64,000 nt of DNA from Syntrophales bacterium (GTDB lineage: Bacteria > Desulfobacterota > Syntrophia > Syntrophales > UBA6807): the NCBI GenBank assembly GCA_040767195.1, contig JAXGPA010000001.1:640001-704000 (forward strand), given 5' to 3'. The notes beneath the pieces are model-generated. The model saw nothing but the letters and a program-made list of their open reading frames with translations, made no database searches and was not told the origin of the DNA. Shown here piece by piece: positions 1 to 9,939 of the stretch. Both the position numbers and the translations under genes were made by a program. How positions within the stretch are numbered: position 1 is the stretch's first letter; each line of letters opens with the position of its first letter.

Positions 1-1
1 G

Positions 2-772
2 GTGGTGCACAAACGGCAAGGCGGCCTTTGGAAACAGGAGGTGACGGACCGGGGCCGTTACGAGGCGCTCCTGACGGGACGGAACTGCGAGACCGGAAAG
101 GACAGTGGAACACATATTTCCGATGACACCCTGGAAAAAGAACTTCGGAGATTCTACGATCTTTTCCAGAAAGCGGGATCCCGGGGAAAAGGGCCGGTCC
201 TGGAAAAAGCCCTCCGCCTCCTGGAAAAAGGCTTGCCGAAGGATTTCGCCGTGGACGTCATGGCCGGGTCCCTGGAGGGGTCGTCCCCAAAAAAAGAGGC
301 GGACGTGGATCTCGTCTTTTACCTCCGTTGCGGAAGATCGGGGATCTTCCCCTGCGACTCGGACAAACGGGCGGCCTGCCCCCTCTTTCTCGAGGCAAAG
401 GAGAAAATCGGGGAAATTCTGGGGGATGACATCACCTTCGCCGTCGCCGACTGTATCGACATGGACCGGGTGGCCCAAAGCGTGGGTGACAAAAATTACG
501 ACTGCCAGCTGACCCAGCGTTTCGTCTCCTACCGCGCCATGGCCCGCCTCGTCAACGGCCCGGTGGTTGCCCCGGTAGCGGCCCTGATCGCCGAAAACGA
601 GGACTTCCGCCGGGAAATCGAGGGATGCATCCGGTCTTATTTCAGCATCTTCCTGGAAACGGCCCGGCATGTCCCGTCGTTCGCGAAATATGAATCGCGC
701 CTGAAGGCCATGGGCATCATTATTCCCGAACCGATTGCACGCAAGCTCCGGGCATTCCTGAAAGATCAGTAG
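2..772 (+). CDS. 5'-truncated protein with a Pol-beta-type nucleotidyltransferase-like motif
   Basis: ORF runs in from the window edge; MAGSLEGSSPKKEADVDLV fits hGS-x10-DhD; stop is 30 bp before the next gene. Confidence 0.55.
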   Translation: MVHKRQGGLWKQEVTDRGRYEALLTGRNCETGKDSGTHISDDTLEKELRRFYDLFQKAGSRGKGPVLEKALRLLEKGLPKDFAVDVMAGSLEGSSPKKEADVDLVFYLRCGRSGIFPCDSDKRAACPLFLEAKEKIGEILGDDITFAVADCIDMDRVAQSVGDKNYDCQLTQRFVSYRAMARLVNGPVVAPVAALIAENEDFRREIEGCIRSYFSIFLETARHVPSFAKYESRLKAMGIIIPEPIARKLRAFLKDQ

Positions 773-802
773 GGACGGCGAAAAAGAATCAAGGAGGACA
801 GG

Positions 803-1825
803 ATGAAACGGAATGAATCGGAGGTGACCCTCCTGGGACGGATGGCCAATCTAGCCCTTTCGTGCCTGTCCCGGGAGGAGGCCGTGGCGGTCGCCGGCAG
901 ATTTCTCCCTCAACTGTTTCCCCGATGGACGGGGGTTCTCTATCTTCGCCAGGGCGGTCACGATTTTTATGACCCGGCCGTGTCATGGGGTGAGGAGCGG
1001 CCCTGGAAGACCTTCGAAGGCCGGGAGTGCTGGGCCCTGAGACGCCGCCGCATTTACGCCGTCGGGGGAGACCGGGAACAGCCCCCCTGTCCTCACACCG
1101 ACTTCGACCCGTCTCGATTCACCTCGTTTTGCATTCCCATGACGGCCCGGGAAGACGTTCTTGGCCTTCTTCATCTCCTCATTCCCGCCGAAAAGGAAGC
1201 CCGGGAGGGGCCGGAACGGAATGCCGGAATGCCTTCAACGGCCGAACGCCGCCTCGCCGCCCTGGCGGCGGACGTTCTTGCCCTCCTTCTTGTCAACCTG
1301 AAACTGCGCAAGGAGATGGAAGACCTGTCGGCGAGGGATTCCCAGACGGGCTGTTACAGCCGTCGCCACTGGGAAGACGCCCTGGCCCGGGAGCTCAAAA
1401 CGATTCAGCGCTCGAAAAGGCCCTTTGCGGTCATCCTCATGGACGTCGACCATTTCGGCCAGTTCACCGAGGCCTACGGCCACGGCGCCAGCGCCCTGGT
1501 GCTCCGTGACCTGGGGGCCTTCCTGCGGGAAAACCTCCGGGACGTGGACATGGCCAGCCGCTACGGGGCCGATGAGTTCGCCCTCCTCCTGCCCGACACG
1601 ACCCTCGAAACGGCCCGCCGGCGGGCGGAAAATCTTCGGGAGCTCATGAAGGACCTGTCCCTCCGGGACGGCCGCGCCCACATGCGGCGGGTGACGCTTT
1701 CCATGGGCGTCGCCGCTTGCCCCGGCCACGGGGAAACGATGGGCGACCTCATGGAGGCGGCGAAGACGGCCCTGAAGACGGCCAAGGAAACGGGCCGGGA
1801 CCGGGTCTGCACCGCCGCGGATTGA
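803..1825 (+). CDS. GAF-like + GGDEF domain protein with a degenerate active site
   Basis: RBS AAGGAGG; ECWALRR..C.H..C.P GAF-like part; DSQTGCYSRR, DVDHF, RYGADEF, TLSMGVA, AKETGRDRV. Confidence 0.85.
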   Translation: MKRNESEVTLLGRMANLALSCLSREEAVAVAGRFLPQLFPRWTGVLYLRQGGHDFYDPAVSWGEERPWKTFEGRECWALRRRRIYAVGGDREQPPCPHTDFDPSRFTSFCIPMTAREDVLGLLHLLIPAEKEAREGPERNAGMPSTAERRLAALAADVLALLLVNLKLRKEMEDLSARDSQTGCYSRRHWEDALARELKTIQRSKRPFAVILMDVDHFGQFTEAYGHGASALVLRDLGAFLRENLRDVDMASRYGADEFALLLPDTTLETARRRAENLRELMKDLSLRDGRAHMRRVTLSMGVAACPGHGETMGDLMEAAKTALKTAKETGRDRVCTAAD

Positions 1826-1844
1826 GAATACGATTCGCCCCCTC

Positions 1845-4763
1845 TTATTTGCAGGCGTAATCGTAGTGATCCGGCAGAACGTAGAGGTCCGGGGGAAACC
1901 ACCGGGTGAAGAAGTCGGCCTTGTAGAGACCAAGGGGGCTGTCCTCCCGGGTTATGTCGAAGTCATCGAAGAGATCGGTCATGGTCTCGGGGGGCAGGAA
2001 GCTGTGCCCCGACGACCAGCTCTTGTGCTGACTCCAGATCGTGTAGAAATCGTTGGAGAGGCCGTTCTCGTTCCAGGCCATGGTAGACGCCTTCCAGTAG
2101 TTCGGTTCCACCACTTTCTGATGGTCGCATACGGGATAGCCGCCCTGTTCGCAATGGCAGTAATCCCCGGGAACCTCGTAATCGGACCCGAACATGGGTT
2201 CGATCTCGTTCAGGACCGGCAGGAGGGTCTTGTAGATCTGGGCCTTGAAGCCCCGGGTCATGAGACGGATGGCCTCGTCCTGGTAATCGGGAACCCACCA
2301 CCGGCCGATGCTGCCTTGGGCTGCCTGGAGCTTTCCCCAGTCCGAAACGATGATTTCGTAGGCCTTGAGGCGCATGAAGTCGGCTGTCAGGAACTGGGCG
2401 CCGAAGGCCGTCCAGAACTGGGAAACGGCGGCTTCGACCTTTCCCATCTCCTTCGTCGCGGTGGAAGAGGAGGGAATGAAGCCCGACCCGTAAGCAAGAA
2501 CGGCGCTCGTGGAGCCTAAAACGGCCCCGAGCAGCGCTGGTCCGGGAACTTCCGGAACGGGGGCACCCTCCGTGGAGGTCATGGCCGCCTCCTCCCCAAG
2601 CAGGGGAACCACCATGGCGGCGACGGACAGGACCGTCAGGACCCCGTTCAGGACTTTCATGGCGACGTTCGTGTCCTTGGAGATGTTGAGGCGCTGGTAG
2701 ATGTCGCTGTAAAAACTCATGAGCCCCGAGGTTTCCTGTCCCTGGAGCGTGGTGAAGAACTCCCCGAGATCATGCCTCAGGAAATTGCGGACATCGACCA
2801 CCGCCGTGACCTCATCCCGGAACTGCCTCCGGACGGGGGTGAAATCGCCGGTGTAGTCGAAATCGGGGTGACTGTTCAGATACGCCTGGACATCCTGCTC
2901 GATGAGGCTGCCTTCCAGGGTCGACTTCACGTTGTCCCAGGAGTCGCTCCAGTTGTCATAAGCCACGCGAAGATCCTCCCGGGCCTCTTCCCCCATCCAG
3001 GCGTCGAAGACATACCCGCTGATCCACCGGTAGGCCGCCCACTGGCCCGGGGAGGCGGGATCGATCCAGGGAACGGGGTCCTGAAAGAGAAGGAGGGGCA
3101 GGCTGTAATCGATCCCGCCCAGCCCCCCCTGCCCGTCGGCATAGCTGAAGCCGCCGTCATGAAGAAAGGGCCGGTACCAGCCCTGGCGGTTCCGCTGGAG
3201 GAGTCCCCGGACATTCCCCTGGGAGGCTTTTGCGGCAAGGCTGCTTGCCTCGACGGACGGAAGGGCCACGCCGTCCGATTCGGTGACCGTTCCCAGGCGG
3301 ACCCGCCTGTGTGACAGCGGGAAATCGTCCGGGACGGGGACACCGAAAAGGGCATAACCGGCGGGGTCCCCGCCGGTTCCCGGCGTTTCCAGGACCTTCT
3401 GGACGGTGTATTCCGTCCCGCCGAGCCAGTTCACCGACTTTTCGAGGTTCATGAGACTCACCTCGATGTAATTGCCAAGGGCGTCGGAGATGAAAGGAAC
3501 TCCCACGGTGGACAGAAATACCAACCGCCGCTCGTCCCGGGTCGAAACGGTCTGCCACAGGTACGACGCCAGGTTGTTGAAGGCGATGCCCGGGTCGTTT
3601 CCCATGTTGGTCTCGTAGAACAGGTTATTCAATTCAGCGAGCGTGTCCCGCTTGAGAACGAGAACCTGGACGCCCCCCTTCCCGGCGGGAACGGAACCGC
3701 CCGGGACCGGCGCCGGGTAGGTTTTCCCTCCAACCTGGAGGGATTCGTCTCCATGGTTCGAGGCGAAGGCCACCACGGGATAGGTGAACTGGAAATTCCC
3801 GTTCATGTCCCGGGTGACGAAGCCCTGGATGGCCTTCACCGTGTCGTTATTGGCGCCGACGGTGTGTTCACCGCTCATCCATTCAAAGGCCTGCCCCTTC
3901 GGAAGGCCCGGAACCCCGATGAAGTTGTAGACATACGACCGGTGGCCAGCGAGACCGGAAACCCCTTCAGCGCCGCCCATCCAGCCGAGAATCATGTCGA
4001 TGTCCTCAGCCCAGGTTGCATTCAGATTCGGCAGGTCCCCCAGGCTCGAGAGGATGACGAGGCCCCCCGAACCGGCACAGCTGTCGTAAGCATCGGCGAG
4101 CGCCTGGGTGAAGGCGGCCCACTCCTGGTCCGTCCCGACGACACAGGAGCGGTGAACCAGGGGCAGGAGAGTCTTCTGGTCCAGAACGAGGATATGGAAT
4201 CCGGTCATGTCATTTTCCGGCGCACCGTCGTCGGCGGGCACCCTGTAAAGAGCCCCGCCCACCTGAATGGCGTAGTCGCTTCTCTCAACACCGGTGTCCC
4301 GGACCACCCGGGTATTCACGGGGACAAGGGCGGAATTCCGGTACCGGGCCTCGAAGACGACCTCGTCGGGTTCGCTCACGTTGGTGCCGTCCGAAACGGT
4401 CAGTTGCAGGGTGTAGACGCCCGGCACGTCGGGTACGACGGAACCGAGCCCGGAACCGTCCTGTTCGATGACGGCCAGGCTTTCCTTCGGCTTTTCTTCA
4501 AAGGTCCACATGTATTCGGTCAGGGGTTTTCCCGCCAGGTGACCGGAGTCCCCGCCGTCAAGCCAGACTTTCTGCCCCACGAAGACCGGGCGGTCCGGCC
4601 CGGCATCGGCCATCATGGTGACGTTCGAATCGCCGTCACTGCTGCATCCCGCCGCGAACAGCAAAAATGCCAGGAGACATGAGAACAGGATCCGCCGGAA
4701 CCGTTTCACCGATGAAGATCTTTCCCGTTTCCTTTCTTTTTCCGCCTCATGGCTTGACTTCAT
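1845..4763 (-). CDS. Large predicted lipoprotein (~970 aa): PKD-like domain, two ILEI/PANDER-like repeats, helical C-terminal region
   Basis: RBS GGAAGGAGA before ATG 4763; lipobox FAAG-C; ADAGPD..LDG..Y.W..PDVPGVYTLQLTVSDG PKD pattern; GFHILVLD and GVQVLVLK repeats. Confidence 0.7.
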   Translation of the reverse strand: MKSSHEAEKERKRERSSSVKRFRRILFSCLLAFLLFAAGCSSDGDSNVTMMADAGPDRPVFVGQKVWLDGGDSGHLAGKPLTEYMWTFEEKPKESLAVIEQDGSGLGSVVPDVPGVYTLQLTVSDGTNVSEPDEVVFEARYRNSALVPVNTRVVRDTGVERSDYAIQVGGALYRVPADDGAPENDMTGFHILVLDQKTLLPLVHRSCVVGTDQEWAAFTQALADAYDSCAGSGGLVILSSLGDLPNLNATWAEDIDMILGWMGGAEGVSGLAGHRSYVYNFIGVPGLPKGQAFEWMSGEHTVGANNDTVKAIQGFVTRDMNGNFQFTYPVVAFASNHGDESLQVGGKTYPAPVPGGSVPAGKGGVQVLVLKRDTLAELNNLFYETNMGNDPGIAFNNLASYLWQTVSTRDERRLVFLSTVGVPFISDALGNYIEVSLMNLEKSVNWLGGTEYTVQKVLETPGTGGDPAGYALFGVPVPDDFPLSHRRVRLGTVTESDGVALPSVEASSLAAKASQGNVRGLLQRNRQGWYRPFLHDGGFSYADGQGGLGGIDYSLPLLLFQDPVPWIDPASPGQWAAYRWISGYVFDAWMGEEAREDLRVAYDNWSDSWDNVKSTLEGSLIEQDVQAYLNSHPDFDYTGDFTPVRRQFRDEVTAVVDVRNFLRHDLGEFFTTLQGQETSGLMSFYSDIYQRLNISKDTNVAMKVLNGVLTVLSVAAMVVPLLGEEAAMTSTEGAPVPEVPGPALLGAVLGSTSAVLAYGSGFIPSSSTATKEMGKVEAAVSQFWTAFGAQFLTADFMRLKAYEIIVSDWGKLQAAQGSIGRWWVPDYQDEAIRLMTRGFKAQIYKTLLPVLNEIEPMFGSDYEVPGDYCHCEQGGYPVCDHQKVVEPNYWKASTMAWNENGLSNDFYTIWSQHKSWSSGHSFLPPETMTDLFDDFDITREDSPLGLYKADFFTRWFPPDLYVLPDHYDYACK

Positions 4764-5688
4764 GAATTTCTCCTTCCTGTTCACGAACCGGCCGTTCAAA
4801 GCGGCCCGTCATCTCCTTGAGCGGAGGGATCCCCGCCCGTCCCCCCATCCCGGTGGCGACCCGGGAAGCCGCCCAGGCGCCGAGATCGAGGCTCTTTTCC
4901 GGACCCCATTCCCGGAGAAGTCCGAAGATGAAACCGGCGTGAAACACATCCCCGCATCCCGTGGTGTCCACCGCCTCGACGGGATAAGCGGGTATCCGGA
5001 GTTTCTTCCCGGCGAAGGAGGCCGCGTACCCCCGTTCCCCAAGGGTGATCGCCGCCAGGCGAGGACCGAGTTCCCGGATCCTGCGGCAGGCCCCGGCAGG
5101 ATCGTCCCCACCGGCAAGTTCCCGGCCGAAGCTCTCCGAAGCAATGAAATAATCGGAAAGCCGGGCCAGCTCGAGCATCCCCTCCCGGAGGGTGCCGCCG
5201 TCCACCACCACGGGAATGCCCGCCTCCCGCGCCTTCATCGCGGCATGGAGGGCGGCGTCGATCAAAAGCCCGTCGGTGTGGAAAACCTTCGCTTTCCCGA
5301 GAACCGCCAGGTCCACTTCCCCCCTTGCCAGGGGCTCTCCCGTGGGCCGCTGCCAGAAGACGGTCCGGCGGCCGCCGGGGGATTCGGCGGCGATGAAGGC
5401 GAACTGGGAAACGCCTCCCCGGCGGACGGCCACACCGCCTGTATGAAGGCCTTCCTCCCTCAGTGACTTCAGGATGAGGCGGCCGAAGGCGTCGTCCCCG
5501 ACGACGCCCGAAAAGGCACACCGGAGACCCCAGCGGGAGAGTGCGACAAGGGCCGTGGCCACGGGACCGCCGCCCTGGACGGTCAGGTCGGAAAACTCGG
5601 CCTTGACCCCCGGGGGCGGATACGCCCCGAGGCGTCCGATGTAATCGAGGGAGCACTGGCCGAGGCCGAAAACGTCAAATACCTTCAA
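4747..5688 (-). CDS. PfkB-family carbohydrate kinase
   Basis: GGGPVATA and DTTGCGDVFHAG PfkB signatures. Confidence 0.9.
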   Translation of the reverse strand: MKVFDVFGLGQCSLDYIGRLGAYPPPGVKAEFSDLTVQGGGPVATALVALSRWGLRCAFSGVVGDDAFGRLILKSLREEGLHTGGVAVRRGGVSQFAFIAAESPGGRRTVFWQRPTGEPLARGEVDLAVLGKAKVFHTDGLLIDAALHAAMKAREAGIPVVVDGGTLREGMLELARLSDYFIASESFGRELAGGDDPAGACRRIRELGPRLAAITLGERGYAASFAGKKLRIPAYPVEAVDTTGCGDVFHAGFIFGLLREWGPEKSLDLGAWAASRVATGMGGRAGIPPLKEMTGRFERPVREQEGEIHEVKP

Positions 5689-5703
5689 GAGAGACTGGCC
5701 CTT

Positions 5704-6495
5704 CTAAAGTATGCCCAGTTCCTTCCCCAGGACCTGGAAATATTTCGGGAACTCAGGCTGGAAATTGAGGTAGAAGGGCACGGGATAACGGGCGCCGACC
5801 TTGTTGCCCGCCTCTTTCAAACCCTGGACGAACCGGGCGAGAGCACCGCCGGGCATGGCGAAAACCATTTCGTCATCCTGGGTGAGGGAAAAGACCCGGT
5901 CCCCCATGCCCGGCACGGCCATCCGGGGGGCCTGCTCCCGGAACGGGGCGATCAGATACTCGCTGCATTCCACCTTCCCGCCGAAATGACCGGCCACCCG
6001 GACACCCTCGAAGTAAGACCAGGCCTGGGCCAGGCGCATGACCTGGGCGGGGTTGCCGTAGACGAGGACCACATCGGGCGCCATGACGGCCCTCGACAGG
6101 GGTGAGAAAAGCAGGGCGCCGTGCTCGCCCGGTCTCAGTTTAAACAGGGACGCCGCTTCTTTCTTCCCCGCCTCCTCGTTTCGGGAATAATTTCCTTCAC
6201 AGAAAAGCCGCGTCAGGGAAGCGGCGGGATCCTTTGAATCGCTCATTCCGAAGGCGATGGCCGCGGGAACGCACACCAGATCTTCCCGCGTCACGCCCAC
6301 GGCGATCCCGTAAAGACGGGCCATGGTGACGACCTGGCACAGGGCCATTTTTCTGTCGAAGGTCTTCACGGGCCGCCGGGTCTTCTCCGGGAAATCCCCT
6401 TCTTCCTTCAGGAAATTCACGGACACGGGGGATGTCCGGAGGCGCAGACTGCTGCTCAGAAAATCCGACACGTCCGGGTAGCGGATCTCTTCCAT
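5704..6495 (-). CDS. DUF169-family protein
   Basis: ALCQ..MAR, C..AA..FG, PDVVLVYGNPAQVMRL, GDR..DEM motifs; RBS GGAGG before ATG 6495. Confidence 0.8.
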   Translation of the reverse strand: MEEIRYPDVSDFLSSSLRLRTSPVSVNFLKEEGDFPEKTRRPVKTFDRKMALCQVVTMARLYGIAVGVTREDLVCVPAAIAFGMSDSKDPAASLTRLFCEGNYSRNEEAGKKEAASLFKLRPGEHGALLFSPLSRAVMAPDVVLVYGNPAQVMRLAQAWSYFEGVRVAGHFGGKVECSEYLIAPFREQAPRMAVPGMGDRVFSLTQDDEMVFAMPGGALARFVQGLKEAGNKVGARYPVPFYLNFQPEFPKYFQVLGKELGIL

Positions 6496-6539
6496 TTTGT
6501 CCCTCCTTTTCAATCCCGACGCCTTCGGCATCGGCTATT

Positions 6540-8183
6540 TCAGAGTCCCGGAGGCGGCGTTTCCCGGGGATAGGTCACGACAAAGGCGATGGAGATTTCC
6601 CTCGTCTCCCCCGGTTTCAGATCCAGTGTCCAGAGATGGACGCCTTCTTTGTCCCGGTAATTCCTTTCATCCGGTTCGGGAAGGAGTTTCACGTCCTTCA
6701 CCTCGATGCGGTCCGTCCGTGACACGGGGACGGCATCCAGAACCCGGAGAGTCACCTCCTTTTTTTTCAGGTTTTCCACTCCTATGACATACCCCATCTC
6801 CCGGACGACCGTTCCCCGCTCCACCCGGCCGAAGTAGGTCTCCCGGACCTTGTCGATGGCCTTCGTGCGGGTGACCTTCACCTCCCGGTCGGCCCCCAGG
6901 TTGAAGTCAAAGGCCTCGCCGGGCTTCTTTTCGCCCAGGTAGGTCTTTCCCACGTACCGGCCTCCGAAGTAGACGTTCAGGGGACCGGCGAGAATTTCCC
7001 CGTCCCCCTTCGCCCGGCAGACGAGGAACGTGAGAGGGCTCAGCCGCGGAACGGCCAGGTCGAAAAAGGCCCCTTCGACGTTCCGGGTGAACAGGGGCAG
7101 GAGGGTTTCCTTCTCCCGGGAGGGGATGTCCACCGCCCGGGGAAAACGGTACTCGAAGGACAGGGGAAGTTCCGTCCGCGCCGCCTCGGCAAAGGCGGCT
7201 TCGGGGGCGGCGTTTTCCGATTCTTCCTTCAGGACGGCCATGGGAGCGGCCGCCCGGGCCCGGTCGGATGAAGACATCTTCCCCTCCAGGCCTGCGAGAG
7301 GTCTCATGATGTCGAGAACCCACGAATCAGGCTCGGGAACCTTCACGCCCTTCAGGGGAATCACATTGGACACGACAAGATCCGCCTGGTTCCAGTCCTC
7401 TCCCGTCTTCTGGAGAACGGAGGAAAACATGGTGAGATCAACGCCGTCAAGAGAAAGAGGGACAGAAGCGCGGTACAGGGGACGCCAGTGGGCGTTCCCG
7501 ACAACGTAGCCTGCCTCGACCCGGACCGTCTGGTCTTTATCCCCCTGGAAAAGGATCTCGATGAACTTTTCCATCTTCCCGGCGGGCCGCCGGATCATGG
7601 CGAGTTCCTCTTCCAGGGCCTTGATCTCCTTGTGAAGACCTTCCATCTCCCGGTCCAGGGCTTCTTTTCTCTTGGCCAGGCTTTCGAAGCGGGATCCCAG
7701 GAATTCCAGGGTCCCCTGGAGGCTTTCCGTCCCCGGGAAATTCGTCTTCATGTCCTGGGGAACCTGGGTCTCGGCAAAACGGACCACCGAATTGAGAAAG
7801 GTTTCCTGTCTTTCCAGGACGGCCTTCTCATCCTGAAGGGCCCGCTCCCGCCACCGGCGTTCGCCCAGCCGGTCCTCCAGGTCCCGGACCTTGTCCTGGG
7901 GTGTTCGGGCCACGGGGACCTCCCGGTACTGGACGGCGAGGATCCGACCTTCACCGAACACCTTCGCCGTCACCGAGTCGGGGTCCACCTGAAAGGCGCC
8001 GACGGAAACCTGGATCTCGTTCGGTCCCGCCGTGACAGGGACCTCCACCGTTCGGGTCACCAGGGCCTGGTTGCTGAAAAGGGTCACCTCCGTGATCCGG
8101 GAAGGCGCCGTTTCCGCCGCCGACAGGGAGTGGGCCAGGAGCACGAGAACGGGAACGATGCCCCGGGTGAGAATTTTTTTCAT
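6540..8183 (-). CDS. DUF4140/DUF4139 (MuiA-like) secreted protein
   Basis: Signal peptide; ITEVTLFSNQALVTR; coiled coil; W.P.Y, QKTGEDW, D.VPVSR motifs. Confidence 0.85.
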   Translation of the reverse strand: MKKILTRGIVPVLVLLAHSLSAAETAPSRITEVTLFSNQALVTRTVEVPVTAGPNEIQVSVGAFQVDPDSVTAKVFGEGRILAVQYREVPVARTPQDKVRDLEDRLGERRWRERALQDEKAVLERQETFLNSVVRFAETQVPQDMKTNFPGTESLQGTLEFLGSRFESLAKRKEALDREMEGLHKEIKALEEELAMIRRPAGKMEKFIEILFQGDKDQTVRVEAGYVVGNAHWRPLYRASVPLSLDGVDLTMFSSVLQKTGEDWNQADLVVSNVIPLKGVKVPEPDSWVLDIMRPLAGLEGKMSSSDRARAAAPMAVLKEESENAAPEAAFAEAARTELPLSFEYRFPRAVDIPSREKETLLPLFTRNVEGAFFDLAVPRLSPLTFLVCRAKGDGEILAGPLNVYFGGRYVGKTYLGEKKPGEAFDFNLGADREVKVTRTKAIDKVRETYFGRVERGTVVREMGYVIGVENLKKKEVTLRVLDAVPVSRTDRIEVKDVKLLPEPDERNYRDKEGVHLWTLDLKPGETREISIAFVVTYPRETPPPGL

Positions 8184-8362
8184 AAATCCCCCTTTCGTTG
8201 AGCGACTTTCCCCTCATACCGTCTTTTCCGCCGGCTCACCGCCGGGAGAGACCGGCCCCGCCGGCCTGGCGGTTCTGCCCGCCCCGTCACGGGGAACAGG
8301 GACCGGGATCGCGGGCCGGTTTCCCGGTTCGATGTTTCCGCCGGGGGATTGCTGTTACGCCG

Positions 8363-8974
8363 TTACGGGTTTCGGGCGACAATTTTTTTGATGATTTTTC
8401 CGCCCCGGTTTTCCACGGAGAGGATCTCAAAACCCGCCTCCTCGATGAAATCAACGGTTCTGCGGTTGATGTGGGGGCCCACCAGGGCGTTTATGACGGG
8501 ATTGACGAGGTCCATGACGGCCCCGGCCAGGGTGTTTTCGCTTCGCACGTGCTCGAGAAAAAGGGCCGTGCCGCCTTTTTTCAGGACCCGTCGGATTTCC
8601 GCGAGTCCCCTCTGGGGATGGAGAACGGAACAGAAGACAAAGGTGGACACGGTTGTGTCGAATGTCCGGTCGGGAAAGGCCATCTTTTCCACGTCCATGA
8701 CCTCGAGGCGCGGGTGCATTCCCCGTTCTTCCGCCTTTTTTCTCGCCCGTTCAAGCATGCGCGGGCTTACGTCGATTCCTGTCAGGTCCGCTCCCGGCGG
8801 GTACCAGGGCAGGTTTTTCCCCGTTCCCACGCCGATTTCAAGTATTTTCCCCCTGGCCTGGGAAAGAAGGTCCCGGCGAAAGGCCGAAAAAGAGAAGAAC
8901 TCCATGGGCGATTCCATGAAATCGTACATCCAGGCGACCCGGTCGTATTTCCGCCTGACCTCGTCCGTCTTCAT
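8363..8974 (-). CDS. Class I SAM-dependent methyltransferase
   Basis: ILEIGVGTG, FDTTVSTFVFCSV, RVLKKGG..FLEH. Confidence 0.9.
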   Translation of the reverse strand: MKTDEVRRKYDRVAWMYDFMESPMEFFSFSAFRRDLLSQARGKILEIGVGTGKNLPWYPPGADLTGIDVSPRMLERARKKAEERGMHPRLEVMDVEKMAFPDRTFDTTVSTFVFCSVLHPQRGLAEIRRVLKKGGTALFLEHVRSENTLAGAVMDLVNPVINALVGPHINRRTVDFIEEAGFEILSVENRGGKIIKKIVARNP

Positions 8975-9471
8975 GGCGCCTCTTCCCCGTGCTGGGCTTC
9001 CCTTTCCACTCTTTTTTCGTGAAGCCGGGCCGCCCGCCGCGCCTGGGCTTCACGGTTCCGGCGGACCTCCACGTCTTTTTCCAGGATGAGGGGCGGCACC
9101 GGAACGGGCTTTCCAGCTTCGTCAAGAGCCACGAAGGTCAGGTAGGCCGAGGCGGTGTGGCGGATCTCCCCGCTGAGAAGGTTTTCCGATTCCACGCGGA
9201 CCCCGACTTCCATGGAACTTTGGCCCACCATGTTGAGGCCGGCCTTCAGGGTCACCATATCGCCCACGAACACGGGGTTGTGGAAATCCAGGCGGTCGAT
9301 GGAGGCGGTCACCACGTTGGTCCGGGCGTGACGGGCCGCCACGGCCCCGGCGGCCGTGTCGATGAGCTTCATGATCACGCCCCCGTGAACATTCCCCGCC
9401 GGGTTGGCGTCCTGGGGATTCATCTGCTGGGCCATGACAACCCGGGAGCTCATCACGGTCTTTCCGGTCAC
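8971..9471 (-). CDS. Hotdog-fold acyl-CoA thioesterase (YciA-like)
   Basis: DANPAGNVHGG..MKLID, VVTAS, SSMEVGV; GTG start at 9471 after AGAGG. Confidence 0.9.
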   Translation of the reverse strand: MTGKTVMSSRVVMAQQMNPQDANPAGNVHGGVIMKLIDTAAGAVAARHARTNVVTASIDRLDFHNPVFVGDMVTLKAGLNMVGQSSMEVGVRVESENLLSGEIRHTASAYLTFVALDEAGKPVPVPPLILEKDVEVRRNREAQARRAARLHEKRVEREAQHGEEAP

Positions 9472-9523
9472 AGGCTTGCCTCTTTCCGTTTCGTTGAAAC
9501 CCCGGACGCCGTTCTGTTCTTCA

Positions 9524-9889
9524 TTACCCGTCACCACCGGTTGCCCGGGAGACCGTCTCGTCCCCCTGAAACCCCGGGTCCCGCGAATCGTCACCGTCAG
9601 CGGAAACCGCTCCTTCACGGCCACGGTCGCCCATGCCCTCCAGCAGGGACCGAAGCCTGGGGGTCATGTAGATCCCGCTCAACTCGAACCGCCTCAGGGC
9701 CTCCAGGAAAAAGCCGACCCGCTCCTGCCGGCCTGTTCTCTTGTCCATCATGAGATGGTATTCGCCCCTGATGCGGCAAAACCCGCCCGTGAGACCCGGG
9801 GCCGTTTTCCGCAGGTTCTCGTATCGGACCCGAATTCCCAGTTTTTCCGCCAGGGCCTCCAGTTGTTCGAGAAGACGGCTCTCCGTCAT
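9524..9889 (-). CDS. Small hypothetical protein
   Basis: Globular-looking ORF (LEALAEKLGIRVRYE..GGFCR) in the same-strand gene run. Confidence 0.6.
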   Translation of the reverse strand: MTESRLLEQLEALAEKLGIRVRYENLRKTAPGLTGGFCRIRGEYHLMMDKRTGRQERVGFFLEALRRFELSGIYMTPRLRSLLEGMGDRGREGAVSADGDDSRDPGFQGDETVSRATGGDG

Positions 9890-9939
9890 GGGGCACCCGA
9901 AATCCTTTTTTTCACTTATAACCTATCCCCTGTATTTCG

